From assembly GCA_965224465.1 (NCBI GenBank), contig OZ245049.1, positions 1,770,001 to 1,802,000 of the forward strand: DNA of 32,000 nucleotides, in the 5' to 3' direction. The notes under the pieces were generated by a model. That model was not told the origin of the DNA. It ran no database searches and saw only the letters and a list, made by a program, of their open reading frames with translations. A program made the translations under genes and the position numbers. The DNA is from Flavobacteriaceae bacterium. Its GTDB lineage: Bacteria > Bacteroidota > Bacteroidia > Flavobacteriales > Flavobacteriaceae. Shown here piece by piece: positions 10,305 through 18,933 of the stretch (the stretch's first letter is position 1; every line of letters starts with the position of its first letter).

Positions 10305-10344
10305 CAAATATAACTAAATAATTAGTTAAAACTAATTATTTAGT
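10305..10344 (-). promoter_or_regulatory. blaI-like promoter -7 box plus 14-4-14 perfect palindromic operator candidate
   Basis: The minus strand reads TATATTTG at 10312-10305, 21-28 nt before the ATG. Directly upstream is ACTAAATAATTAGT-TAAA-ACTAATTATTTAGT (10313-10344), a perfect dyad. Confidence 0.55.
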
Positions 10345-10424
10345 TAGAAAATGTTTCAACAAGAATTGCACAACAACTATAATTAAACGATTTTTGGCAT
10401 TCATTCAGTATATAAAAAAAAGAG

Positions 10425-10928
10425 ATGGATATATTTTTAGCAATTTCAGGACTACTTCTTACCTTTATAGGAATAATAGGTGCTTTTTTACCCATACTTC
10501 CGGGGCCATTGACTGGTTGGTTCGGTTTATTACTATTACACTTAACAGATACCGTCCCAATGAATTGGGTGTTTTTAGGGATTACACTTGCCGTATCCAT
10601 ACTTATTTGGATATTGGATTATATTATCCCTGCCATGGGAACTAAAAAATTTGGAGGTAGTAAATACGGGGTTATTGGAACAACTGTAGGTCTAATTATA
10701 GGACTGTTCACCCCTATTCCTTTAGGATTCTTAATCGGAGCATTTGTGGGAGCTTTTGTGGGGGAACTAATTTATGATCACAAAGATAAAGCACGAGCTA
10801 CCAAAGCTGCATTTGGCTCATTTCTAGGTTTTTTAACCTCTGCATTTCTTAAATTTAGTGTCGCTATAGTATTTGTAATTTTGTACATCGTTAAATTATG
10901 GGAATATCGCGAGCTGTTTATACTATAG
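10425..10928 (+). CDS. DUF456-type small membrane protein
   Basis: 167 aa with 4-5 TM helices. LPILPGP and GTKKFGGSKYG motifs are characteristic of DUF456. Confidence 0.75.
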   Translation: MDIFLAISGLLLTFIGIIGAFLPILPGPLTGWFGLLLLHLTDTVPMNWVFLGITLAVSILIWILDYIIPAMGTKKFGGSKYGVIGTTVGLIIGLFTPIPLGFLIGAFVGAFVGELIYDHKDKARATKAAFGSFLGFLTSAFLKFSVAIVFVILYIVKLWEYRELFIL

Positions 10929-10974
10929 GTAGTATATTTAGTTGAAACATATAGACCTTGCATAAAGCAGTTAC

Positions 10975-11117
10975 AGCAACAACGTTTCCCAGTGACGGCT
11001 TTGAAATGGAATTATATTTTGTTTTAGCTACACAGGAATTCTAAAGATAGCCTTAGTTATCGTTCTATTTATATCAACAAAAGAAGAAAAACCCATCATT
11101 TTACATCCGTTAATTGG
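10975..11117 (+). mobile_element. MITE copy C (diverged)
   Basis: CAACAACGTTTCCCAGTGACGG...GATAGCCTTAGTTATCGTTCTATTT...ATTTTACATCCGTTAATTGG. Confidence 0.7.
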
Positions 11118-11420
11118 AGCTGTTTATGAAACCCATTCAAAACTGGATACAGAAACCAGAATTTAAGAATTACGAAAAATATTTCCCTTACAATTCCTGA
11201 AAATATTTCCGGTAATAATATTCATTTTTGGAGCGTCAAGCAATGGAATAGAATTAAGAAAATTAGTAGGATTAGATCATTATAAAAGATGCCAGTAGAC
11301 TTAACAGCCTTGCCCCTAATACACAAAGTATACTTTTAAAAAATAGTTTTTAATGTAGAAATAGCATTTTGGAGAATTAACCCCTCCATAAAGGAGATCA
11401 AAAACCTGATTTTTACGCAT

Positions 11421-11524
11421 AAAAAAAGCGTCCCGGTTTTTCGGGAAGCTTTCCATTGGTTTTTTCAAACCGTGACATTTTTCAATGTCAAACAACACAA
11501 CTAAACCAAGAAACTAATCTTGGG
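11421..11524 (-). ncRNA. Candidate orphan small RNA (about 100 nt)
   Basis: Minus-strand -7 box TATATTTG (11536-11529) with a TTG 22 nt upstream. Three hairpins follow: CCAAGA/TCTTGG 11506-11523, TGACAT/ATGTCA 11473-11490, and GGTTT/AAACC. A GC-rich hairpin plus a T7 run (11452-11421) ends it. No credible ORF. Confidence 0.35.
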
Positions 11525-11722
11525 AAGGCAAATATACGCCTATTTCTGAAACCACCAGCAATAATTAACTTTTATTTTTAAAAACAAACAGCTACAAGAT
11601 GCAATATCTTAGGTCGCACACCCCTATTACGGAATAAAGCTATCAAAAAAAAACAATTTTCAGAAATACGTTTAATCTCAAATAGAAATCCAATTTTAAA
11701 GTACATTTTATGATATAGATTG

Positions 11723-11730
11723 TATCTTTG
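11723..11730 (+). promoter_or_regulatory. -7 box TATCTTTG upstream of lysS
   Basis: Matches TAnnTTTG 36 nt before the ATG. Confidence 0.35.
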
Positions 11731-11765
11731 GCAACTATTAGTAAATAACATTAAAATTTAGTAAC

Positions 11766-13469
11766 ATGCAGTTATCAGCATTAGAAATTGTACGAAGAGA
11801 GTCGCTACAGAAACTACGTGACTTGGGCATAAATCCATTTCCAGCAGCAGAATTTAAAACCACCGCAACTATAGCTGCGATAAAGAAGGATTTTGATAAG
11901 TTTGAGGGAAAGAAGGTCATATTAGCTGGACGTTTGATGAGTCGACGTATTATGGGAAAAGCTTCCTTTGCTGAATTAAAAGATGCTTCTGGTCGTATGC
12001 AAATTTACATCAACCGAGATGAAATTGCTCCAGAAGAGGATAAAACGATGTACAATACCGTATTCAAAAAATTATTGGATATGGGAGATATAATAGGAAT
12101 CGAAGGAGAAGTTTTCAAGACCAATGTAGGAGAATCATCTGTTCGAGTAAAAAAATTAACGTTATTAACCAAATCATTAAGACCACTCCCTGTAGTTAAA
12201 ACAGATGCAGATGGTAACGTACACGATGCCTTTTCTGATCCAGAAACTCGCTACCGACAACGCTATGTAGATTTGATTGTAAATGACCACGTTAAGGAAA
12301 CCTTTATCAAACGTTCTAAAATCACGAGTTCTATGCGTGAATTTTTCAACAAAAGAGGATATTTGGAAGTAGAAACACCTATTTTACAACCTATCCCTGG
12401 AGGTGCCGCAGCACGTCCGTTTATCACCCACCACAATTCGTTAAACATGCCATTGTATTTGAGAATAGCCAATGAATTGTATTTAAAAAGATTGATCGTT
12501 GGAGGTTTTGATGCCGTTTTTGAGTTTGCAAAAGACTTTAGAAACGAAGGTATGGATCGCACCCATAATCCAGAATTTACAGTAATGGAATTGTATGTAG
12601 CCTATAAGGATTACAACTGGATGATGAACATGACAGAAGAACTGTTAGAAAAAATATGCATTGACTGTAATGACACTTCTGAAGTAATGATAGGAGAACA
12701 TAAAGTGAGTTTTAAAGCACCTTATGCACGTATTCCTATCTTACAAGCCATTAAAGATCATACAGGATATGACGTTGCAGGATTGGATGAATTCCAATTG
12801 CGAGATATTTGCAGAAAACTAAATATGAACGTGGATGAAACCATGGGCGTAGGAAAATTAATTGATGAATTGTTTGGTGAAAACTGTGAACGTCATTATA
12901 TCCAACCTACTTTTATTACAGATTACCCAAAAGAAATGAGTCCTTTAACCAAGGAGCACCGAGACAACCCCGCTTTGACGGAGCGTTTTGAGCTAATGGT
13001 AAATGGTAAAGAATTGGCAAATGCTTATTCTGAATTGAACGACCCTATAGACCAACGTGAACGTTTTGAAGCACAAATGTCCTTATCAGAAAAAGGAGAT
13101 GACGAAGCTATGTTTATTGACCAAGACTTTATCCGTGCTTTAGAATACGGAATGCCTCCAACCTCTGGTATCGGAATTGGAATAGATCGCTTGGTAATGT
13201 TTATGACCAACAATGCCTCCATTCAAGAAGTATTGTTCTTCCCTCAAATGAAACCAGAAGTACTAGCAACACAAACTGTCGAACTTTCAGACGAAGGTAA
13301 AGCCGTTTTAAAATTAGTAGAAAAAGCGGAAAAAATAGTGTTGGCAGAATTAAAAATAGCTGCTGATTTATCCAATAAAAAATGGGATAAAACCATCAAA
13401 GAATTGACGAAGAACAAGGTTGTTAAAGTAGAAAAAAACAACGAAGAATTGTTTGTAACTTTGGCTTAA
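11766..13469 (+). CDS. lysS: Lysine--tRNA ligase (class II) with about 65-aa C-terminal extension
   Basis: OB-fold N-terminus. Class II motifs include FRNEGMD and GIGIGIDRLVMF, with ELNDP and ERFE nearby. An extra tail follows FFPQMKPE. Confidence 0.95.
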   Translation: MQLSALEIVRRESLQKLRDLGINPFPAAEFKTTATIAAIKKDFDKFEGKKVILAGRLMSRRIMGKASFAELKDASGRMQIYINRDEIAPEEDKTMYNTVFKKLLDMGDIIGIEGEVFKTNVGESSVRVKKLTLLTKSLRPLPVVKTDADGNVHDAFSDPETRYRQRYVDLIVNDHVKETFIKRSKITSSMREFFNKRGYLEVETPILQPIPGGAAARPFITHHNSLNMPLYLRIANELYLKRLIVGGFDAVFEFAKDFRNEGMDRTHNPEFTVMELYVAYKDYNWMMNMTEELLEKICIDCNDTSEVMIGEHKVSFKAPYARIPILQAIKDHTGYDVAGLDEFQLRDICRKLNMNVDETMGVGKLIDELFGENCERHYIQPTFITDYPKEMSPLTKEHRDNPALTERFELMVNGKELANAYSELNDPIDQRERFEAQMSLSEKGDDEAMFIDQDFIRALEYGMPPTSGIGIGIDRLVMFMTNNASIQEVLFFPQMKPEVLATQTVELSDEGKAVLKLVEKAEKIVLAELKIAADLSNKKWDKTIKELTKNKVVKVEKNNEELFVTLA

Positions 13470-13499
13470 TTACAAGGCGAAAATTACATTTTAAAACTT

Positions 13500-13549
13500 A
13501 AGACTTAAAGCAGGTACTCTTATTCCTACCTGCTTTAAGTCTTTTTTTT
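13500..13549 (+). terminator. Strong intrinsic terminator after lysS
   Basis: 17-bp stem AAGACTTAAAGCAGGTA/TACCTGCTTTAAGTCTT followed by a T8 run. Confidence 0.85.
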
Positions 13550-13760
13550 GCAACTAATTTCTATGTTTTTTCGTTTCTAAATAAGTTCAATGCGTTTTTT
13601 TAAACAAAAGGAGACCTTTTAGATAATACAGATAGTGAAGCTAAATGCAGATTAGGGGTACTGAATGGGAAAAACAAGCTAGAAAGCGCTTTGCCTACTT
13701 TATAGTATTTGACAAAAAAGAAGTTACAGGTTCTTATATACATGCCTTTTTTTCAATGTT

Positions 13761-14714
13761 GGCTAACTCGTCTTTTGTCATGTTTTCTGTTTGAATAAAG
13801 TTAATACTTTTTTTATTCAGACAGCGTTGAGTTTACAGTCCCTTAACCTACTATGTAAACTATTGATGTGCTGAATATGATAAGTCCCTTTGACCCGTTG
13901 GTTTTTACTACTGTTTAAAACATGATGCTCTAAATGAAAATCCTTACTAAACCCAGTAAAATTACGGTGTCCATCTGAACAAAATACGGTTCTATTATCT
14001 ACCATGCTTCCGATAGTGTTTTTTATATTACCCTTGGTAATCCTGGACATATTTGTAAATTTAGACACGCATAGTTCTGCTCTATCTTGGCTTGTTAATA
14101 CCGTTGCGTATTCTTTTGTTATACCTGCTCCCTTCTTTTCGGATCTACTTCTGGGAGGTCTATATACACACTTTTTACCTTTTTGACTGTGTAAATAAAA
14201 GGCCTCATCACTCTCGGTGATTCCTTTGAAATGACCTGTGGTTTCTTGGAACATAGCAGACAAAAAACGATGACGCCATCTAAATGCCGTCCCTGGATCT
14301 ATGGAAAGATCCTTTCCTGTTTTAACCAAACTTAAATTCAATTCAAGTGTTTTTAAAAAGGCAGGTATGCGTTGCTTTTTGTGTATCCCAGCTAGCCAAC
14401 TGCCGGTAAATTCAGTAAAAGTACGTTTGCAATCTTTACATTTATAACGCCTGCTGTTTTTATCTACACCTGCTTTTATATAGTGATAGCCATTGCTAAA
14501 AGGGCATTCACCCCTTCTGTAATCTAAAGCATTCCCTCTTATTTTAATAATGTCTACATAACTTCCTGATTTGCAAAGAGACTGAAATTATTTAAGCAAA
14601 ATATCCTGCTTAGTTACATCTAGACAGTCAAAATATTTTAAAATACCTGAACTACCCATCATGATTCTGTTTTTCAGCAAATTACGAGATAAAACGCTAT
14701 TTACAAGTTGAGCC
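13761..14714 (-). mobile_element. Decayed IS1595-family (ISPna2-group-like) insertion sequence
   Basis: Imperfect terminal inverted repeats GGCTAACTCGT (13761) and GGCTCAACTTGT (reverse complement, ending at 14714). The internal transposase reading frame is interrupted. No matching target duplication was seen. Confidence 0.65.
13817..14662 (-). pseudogene. IS1595-family transposase, disrupted
   Basis: The frame from ATG 14662 has an in-frame TAA at 14590-14588 (codon 25). It then continues through a Zn-ribbon (CPF...YKCKDCKRTF), TAFRWRHRFL, ITESDEAFY and HIQHINSLHSRL. It ends early at KLNAV, where family members continue as FNGVATKYL. Confidence 0.7.
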
Positions 14715-14939
14715 AAATTTAACCAAAATCAAATAATGAGGTTGCGTGTAGCTTCTGGTTTGCCAAATATTCAAAAAGGTGATGTTAGTAATTTTAATTT
14801 TTTAATACCACAAAAAGAAGAACAACAAAAAACAGCCACTTTTCTATCATCCATAGATACATCTATAGACATTATGACTAATCAAATTGATGATTCAGTA
14901 ATGTTTAAAAAAGGGTTGTTGCAAAAAATGTTTGTGTAA
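14715..14939 (+). pseudogene. hsdS: Type I R-M specificity subunit (HsdS) C-terminal fragment
   Basis: ...GLPNIQKGDVSNFNFLIPQKEEQQKTATFLSSID...KKGLLQKMFV is the conserved end of an HsdS target-recognition domain plus the C-terminal helix. Homology starts exactly at the IS boundary. Confidence 0.75.
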
Positions 14940-14976
14940 ATTGTCATTCATAATTAAAGATCTATAATTGGTTATA

Positions 14977-15114
14977 TTGCGCCTATATTTTTAATACAAA
15001 GGTCATTTGCGCCTAATAATTTTGCTTTACGCCTGTATTTTATGTATTTTGCGCTTGTATTTTTTAAATTATGTCAAATACCGCTCATTTTTTATTTTTT
15101 GCGCCTACTTTTAA
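14977..15114 (+). repeat. Five direct copies of the TTGCGCCTnTATTTT box
   Basis: Boxes start at 14977, 15007, 15027, 15049 and 15099, giving spacings of 30, 20, 22 and 50 nt. The last box lies inside the annotated 5' end of the fic ORF. Confidence 0.7.
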
Positions 15115-16636
15115 TGGTTTGGTTTTACCTATAAAAGGGTATATGGTAGGTTATACCGCTATTATACATAAGTTACGACTTGCTGTACCTATAAGCAAGC
15201 CTATTGCTATAATTTCATTGAATACAAAACGCCTTAAAAATGATGATTTTTTAGTATTGCCAAAAAGTTATCTAGTAAAAGATGTCGTACAAAATTCAGA
15301 GATTGAATCCTTATATAATCATTTAGTATTTGCATTAAAATATGAAGGTGTTCATTTATTAGTATTTAGCGCTATTACAAAATATTATTCAAAAGATGCA
15401 TTAGTACAATTATTAAGCATAGAACCAACAGGGCAATACTCAAGAAGAATGTGGTTTTTAATAGAATGGCTTTTACAAAAAGAACTAAAAGCGATTCCAA
15501 ATCTTGCTAATAAAAAAAGTTATGTTTCCGTAATAGATACAAAATTGCAATATGCAGTTGCAGGTATAAAGTCATCTCGACATCTGGTCATAAATAATCT
15601 ACCAGGAACAGTCCATTTTTGTCCATTAATCAAAAAGACAGAAAAACTCGAGAATTATATTTTACAAAACTTAAAAAGTAAAAGGATAGAGACGCTAAAA
15701 GGGTTTAAAAAAGACTTATTACAGCGTACAGCAGCCTATTTATTATTAAAAGATTCAAAGGCATCATTTACCATAGAAGGCGAAAGTCCTAAGAGTAAAC
15801 GAACGGCACGTTGGGGAAAAATAATTGGGCAAGCAGGAGCAAAAAGGCTGAACCAAGAAGAATTGATACGGCTACAACAAGAGCTTATAGAAAATTCACG
15901 TTTTGTAGCAATGGGGTTTCGTAAAAAAGGTGGTTTTGTAGGTGAGCATAATCGTACCACTGGCGAACCTATACCAGAGCATATATCTGCAAAATGGCAA
16001 GATATAACACGATTAACAGAAGGTTTAATAGATACCAATACAATTTTAGCCAACAGTGATATAGATGCTGTATTAGCCGCAACAGTCATTGCTTTTGGTT
16101 TTGTTTTTATTCATCCGTTTGAAGATGGTAATGGACGTATTCATCGGTATTTGATTCACCATATTTTAGCAGAAAAAAAGTTTACCCAGCAAGGGCTTAT
16201 TTTTCCTGTTTCTTCTTCTATTTTAGACCATATTGTAGATTATAGAAATGTATTGGAACACTATTCTCACAGTATATTAGATTTTATAGATTGGAAAGAA
16301 ACGAAAGGGCACAATATTGACGTATTAAACAATACGATAGATTATTACCGCTATTTTGACGCTACCAAACAAGCAGAGTTTTTGTATGATTGTGTAAATG
16401 ATACTATAGACAACATCATTCCTCAAGAAATAAATTACCTTCAAAAATATGACGAATTTAAAAATTATGTAGAGGAAGAGTTTGAGATGCCAGATAGTAT
16501 AGTTGCTTTATTAGTTCGATTTTTAGAACAAAATGATAGTAAACTATCAAAAAGAGCAAAAGAAAAAGAATTTTCAATGTTAAATAATGATGAGGTTAAT
16601 CGAATTGAAGAAACGTATCATCAAATTTTCAATTAA
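15071..16636 (+). CDS. Fic family protein (probable AMPylase) with intramolecular inhibitory motif
   Basis: Canonical Fic motif HPFEDGNGRIHR (16112-16147). A SxxxEG inhibitory-helix motif SFTIEG (15764-15781) lies N-terminal to it. 521 aa, though the start could be the internal M24. Confidence 0.85.
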   Translation: MSNTAHFLFFAPTFNGLVLPIKGYMVGYTAIIHKLRLAVPISKPIAIISLNTKRLKNDDFLVLPKSYLVKDVVQNSEIESLYNHLVFALKYEGVHLLVFSAITKYYSKDALVQLLSIEPTGQYSRRMWFLIEWLLQKELKAIPNLANKKSYVSVIDTKLQYAVAGIKSSRHLVINNLPGTVHFCPLIKKTEKLENYILQNLKSKRIETLKGFKKDLLQRTAAYLLLKDSKASFTIEGESPKSKRTARWGKIIGQAGAKRLNQEELIRLQQELIENSRFVAMGFRKKGGFVGEHNRTTGEPIPEHISAKWQDITRLTEGLIDTNTILANSDIDAVLAATVIAFGFVFIHPFEDGNGRIHRYLIHHILAEKKFTQQGLIFPVSSSILDHIVDYRNVLEHYSHSILDFIDWKETKGHNIDVLNNTIDYYRYFDATKQAEFLYDCVNDTIDNIIPQEINYLQKYDEFKNYVEEEFEMPDSIVALLVRFLEQNDSKLSKRAKEKEFSMLNNDEVNRIEETYHQIFN

Positions 16637-16639
16637 AAT

Positions 16640-16950
16640 AACTACACAACCCGAACAAATATTAGAAAATAATTTGCTTTCTCAATTACAAAAATTGGGT
16701 TACAAAAGTGTTGTCATAAAAGATGAAACTGATTTATTGGAAAATCTAAAAAGTCAATTAGAAATTCATAATAAGATAACGCTCTCCTCGCAGGAGTTTA
16801 AGTAGGTATTAAACTATATCAACAAAGGCAATATCTTTGAGCTCGCCAAAATATTAAGAGATCGTGTTCCTTTTATCAATGATAAAGGCGAACACAAAAC
16901 CGTAGAACTCATCAACCAAGTACATTAGTGTAAAAACGAATTTCAGGTTA
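16640..16950 (+). pseudogene. hsdR: Type I restriction enzyme R subunit (HsdR) N-terminal fragment
   Basis: ...EQILENNLLSQLQKLGYKSVVIKDETDLLENLKSQLEIHNKITLSSQEFK*VLNYINKGNIFELAKILRDRVPF...INQVH*CKNEFQVTQQ. There are two in-frame TAG codons (16803-16805 and 16926-16928, the latter where family members have W). It is truncated at MITE copy D. Confidence 0.75.
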
Positions 16951-17100
16951 CCCAACAACATTTCCAAGAGACCGTTTAGAAATGTAATTATATTTTTTAG
17001 CTAAGCGAAAAATGGATGGATAGCCTTGCTATTGTTCTGTTTTTCAAAAATGCTAGCACGTAAAATAAACTATTTATATCGGCTGTTTTGGATTGTAATT
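16949..17100 (+). mobile_element. MITE copy D (GT subfamily), abutting the hsdR fragment
   Basis: TACCCAACAACATTTCCAAGAGACCG...AAATAAACTATTTATATCGGCTGTTTTGGATTGTAATT. Confidence 0.8.
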
Positions 17101-17215
17101 TATTAGGCCATGCCTCTCCGAAAACCACAGAGTTTTACACCAAGACCATCGAAATTAACAATAAAAAAAATATTGGATCGCTTAAAAAGCGAAAAAAATT
17201 GAATACTTTTAACAA
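17100..17215 (+). pseudogene. Tyrosine recombinase C-terminal remnant (copy 1)
   Basis: It reads LLGHASPKTTEFYTKTIEINNKKNIGSLKK, which contains the LLGHxSxxTTxxYT motif with the catalytic Tyr. No upstream recombinase body is present, because the MITE end is immediately 5'. Confidence 0.6.
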
Positions 17216-17325
17216 AAAACCAATACATACCCGAAACTATTATAGACACAACGGAAATAACGTCAAGTTTTGGAAGTTTATTGATGATATATGGGTGTTA
17301 CAAAATATTAGAAAACAAACATAAT

Positions 17326-18513
17326 ATGGCTTGGATTGAAATAAAAGGCTATCCTAACACAAGAATGAAAATCAAACTCCCTGAAGTAGTGGGAATTGAG
17401 GCAATTGAATGTATTACTAACTTAGATAAAGGTTCTGACAATAAAGGTGTTGGAGGAGTTTTAAAAGGTTTTGTTTACGGGAAAGAATACGAATTCAAAA
17501 TAAGCAAATATTACAAAGACCGATTACTTTCTGACAAAATAAAAAAAGAAATAGTTTGGGAATATGAATATGTTAATGATGACGGAGAAGTTATTAATAT
17601 TATTCAAAAAGAATACTCTGGAGATAAATTTCAACTAAAAATAGAAAACTTAAAAATGCTTGGTAAAAATATTTGCATTTATTGTCATTTGAAAAATCAA
17701 GAATCAGGTGCTTCAATAAGTAAATTTTGCCATAATAGATTTAGATTTTTTGACAGGAAAGCAATAGAAAATGAACTAAATAAAAGAAGAAGTAATCCTG
17801 AATTAGCAAATCAAAGTAGAACACCAACTTGTGGAATGGCTTCCATATTCTATATTTTAGCAAAAAAAGATTTTGATAACTATCAAAACTTCATACTTGA
17901 TTTACATCAAACCGGTATTGCTAAATGTAACTCATATGAAGTTGATGTTTCTAAATGTGATCATTTATTAGAAATAAATCCCGTTTTAGACATTTTATAC
18001 CCAGCATTGTATGGTAAAAAAATGCCATATATTGATTGGATTCCTTTTTCTTGTATTAGAGACTTAGAAAATAATTTACCTATAAGTTATAATGGAAAAA
18101 TGAGCCAATCTTCATTAGATGAGTTTTCTGGAGCTACATTACCCCACGAGATAGAAAAATTAATGAAAAAGCTTTTAGGTTTCAAAAAAATTATAAATGA
18201 CACTAATCTAGTTTTCAATAAAGATAGCCAAGCTTTTGGTGAGATATCTGCTAGAGAATTAAAGAAATTACAAGATTTATATTTAGACGGATATAATATA
18301 TGCTTATTTATTAACACAAATATGATAAGCAATAAAGAGTCTGGAATTTTGTCGACAATTGAACATTGGGTTGTTTTTGAGGGAATTATTGGTGGAACAA
18401 TTAGTTGGGATGAATATGATTTTAAAGTATTTACTTGGGGTGCTATAGAAGATGTTATTGTTAATCCTGAATCATTCAGGTCAAATTATTATGGTTATGT
18501 TGCAGGTAAATAA
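17326..18513 (+). CDS. Papain-fold (C39-like) Cys/His peptidase-domain protein, candidate effector/toxin
   Basis: The start is set at ATG 17326 because homology with the cassette-2 leader ends exactly there. There is no signal peptide. Q-x5-TCGMAS has the candidate nucleophile Cys at 17830-17832, and IEHWVVFEG has the His at 18364-18366, followed by D/E residues. The N-terminal ~140 aa form a separate domain predicted here to be beta-rich. Confidence 0.6.
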   Translation: MAWIEIKGYPNTRMKIKLPEVVGIEAIECITNLDKGSDNKGVGGVLKGFVYGKEYEFKISKYYKDRLLSDKIKKEIVWEYEYVNDDGEVINIIQKEYSGDKFQLKIENLKMLGKNICIYCHLKNQESGASISKFCHNRFRFFDRKAIENELNKRRSNPELANQSRTPTCGMASIFYILAKKDFDNYQNFILDLHQTGIAKCNSYEVDVSKCDHLLEINPVLDILYPALYGKKMPYIDWIPFSCIRDLENNLPISYNGKMSQSSLDEFSGATLPHEIEKLMKKLLGFKKIINDTNLVFNKDSQAFGEISARELKKLQDLYLDGYNICLFINTNMISNKESGILSTIEHWVVFEGIIGGTISWDEYDFKVFTWGAIEDVIVNPESFRSNYYGYVAGK

Positions 18514-18922
18514 AAAACTTATTTATATTTTTTTAATCATACAATTATTAAGTTGTAATAAAAAAAATAAGAATTGTGATTTACAAGATGCTATTCTTCA
18601 AAGAATAATTTTAAAAAATTTTAAAAAATCTAGTTTAAAAACCCTTTCTATAAATAAAGAAAAACAAGATTATCTTTTAAAAACAGACCCTAATAGTTCT
18701 TATGCTTACATTCAACTAACTCCTCTTATTTTTAGAGAATTGAAAAAAGGGAAAACTTTGTTTACTATTAATGACTCATTGAATTATACTATTTCTGAGA
18801 TAAAAACAGACTCTATTATGAGACAAACTATGGTAAATGAATTTAAAGATTGTATTTTGGTGTCCTATAAAATTAATGATTCTTTAATTTATCATCATCA
18901 GAAAATAATTATAAATCGATAA
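18497..18922 (+). CDS. Small lipoprotein, candidate cognate immunity protein
   Basis: MLQVNKKLIYIFLIIQLLSCNKK has a signal peptide with lipobox LLSC. The start overlaps the upstream gene's stop (18511-18513) by 17 nt. The 142 aa are very AT-rich. Confidence 0.55.
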   Translation: MLQVNKKLIYIFLIIQLLSCNKKNKNCDLQDAILQRIILKNFKKSSLKTLSINKEKQDYLLKTDPNSSYAYIQLTPLIFRELKKGKTLFTINDSLNYTISEIKTDSIMRQTMVNEFKDCILVSYKINDSLIYHHQKIIINR

Positions 18923-18933
18923 AAACGTTTTGT

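Noticed and set aside
10340-10963. ORFs 10340-10600(-), 10394-10645(+) and 10778-10963(-)
   Set aside because: All overlap the well-supported DUF456 membrane-protein ORF in other frames or on the other strand, and none has independent support.
11316-11498. 60-aa minus-strand ORF upstream of lysS
   Set aside because: It runs straight through a hairpin plus T-run terminator and two other hairpins. The region is better explained as a non-coding transcript.
13645-13794. 49-aa ORF (MQIRGTEWEKQARKRF...) between the lysS terminator and the IS
   Set aside because: It reads across the IS terminal repeat, has no recognisable motif and is below any reasonable length support. It is probably fortuitous or a relic.
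17088-17324. 78-aa ORF MDCNLLGHASPKTTEFYT...
   Set aside because: It needs a TTG start inside the MITE terminal repeat. Only the LLGH..TT..YT stretch resembles a protein (a recombinase tail), and the equivalent frame in the second copy stops after 29 codons. It is treated as a pseudogene remnant plus leader, not a gene.
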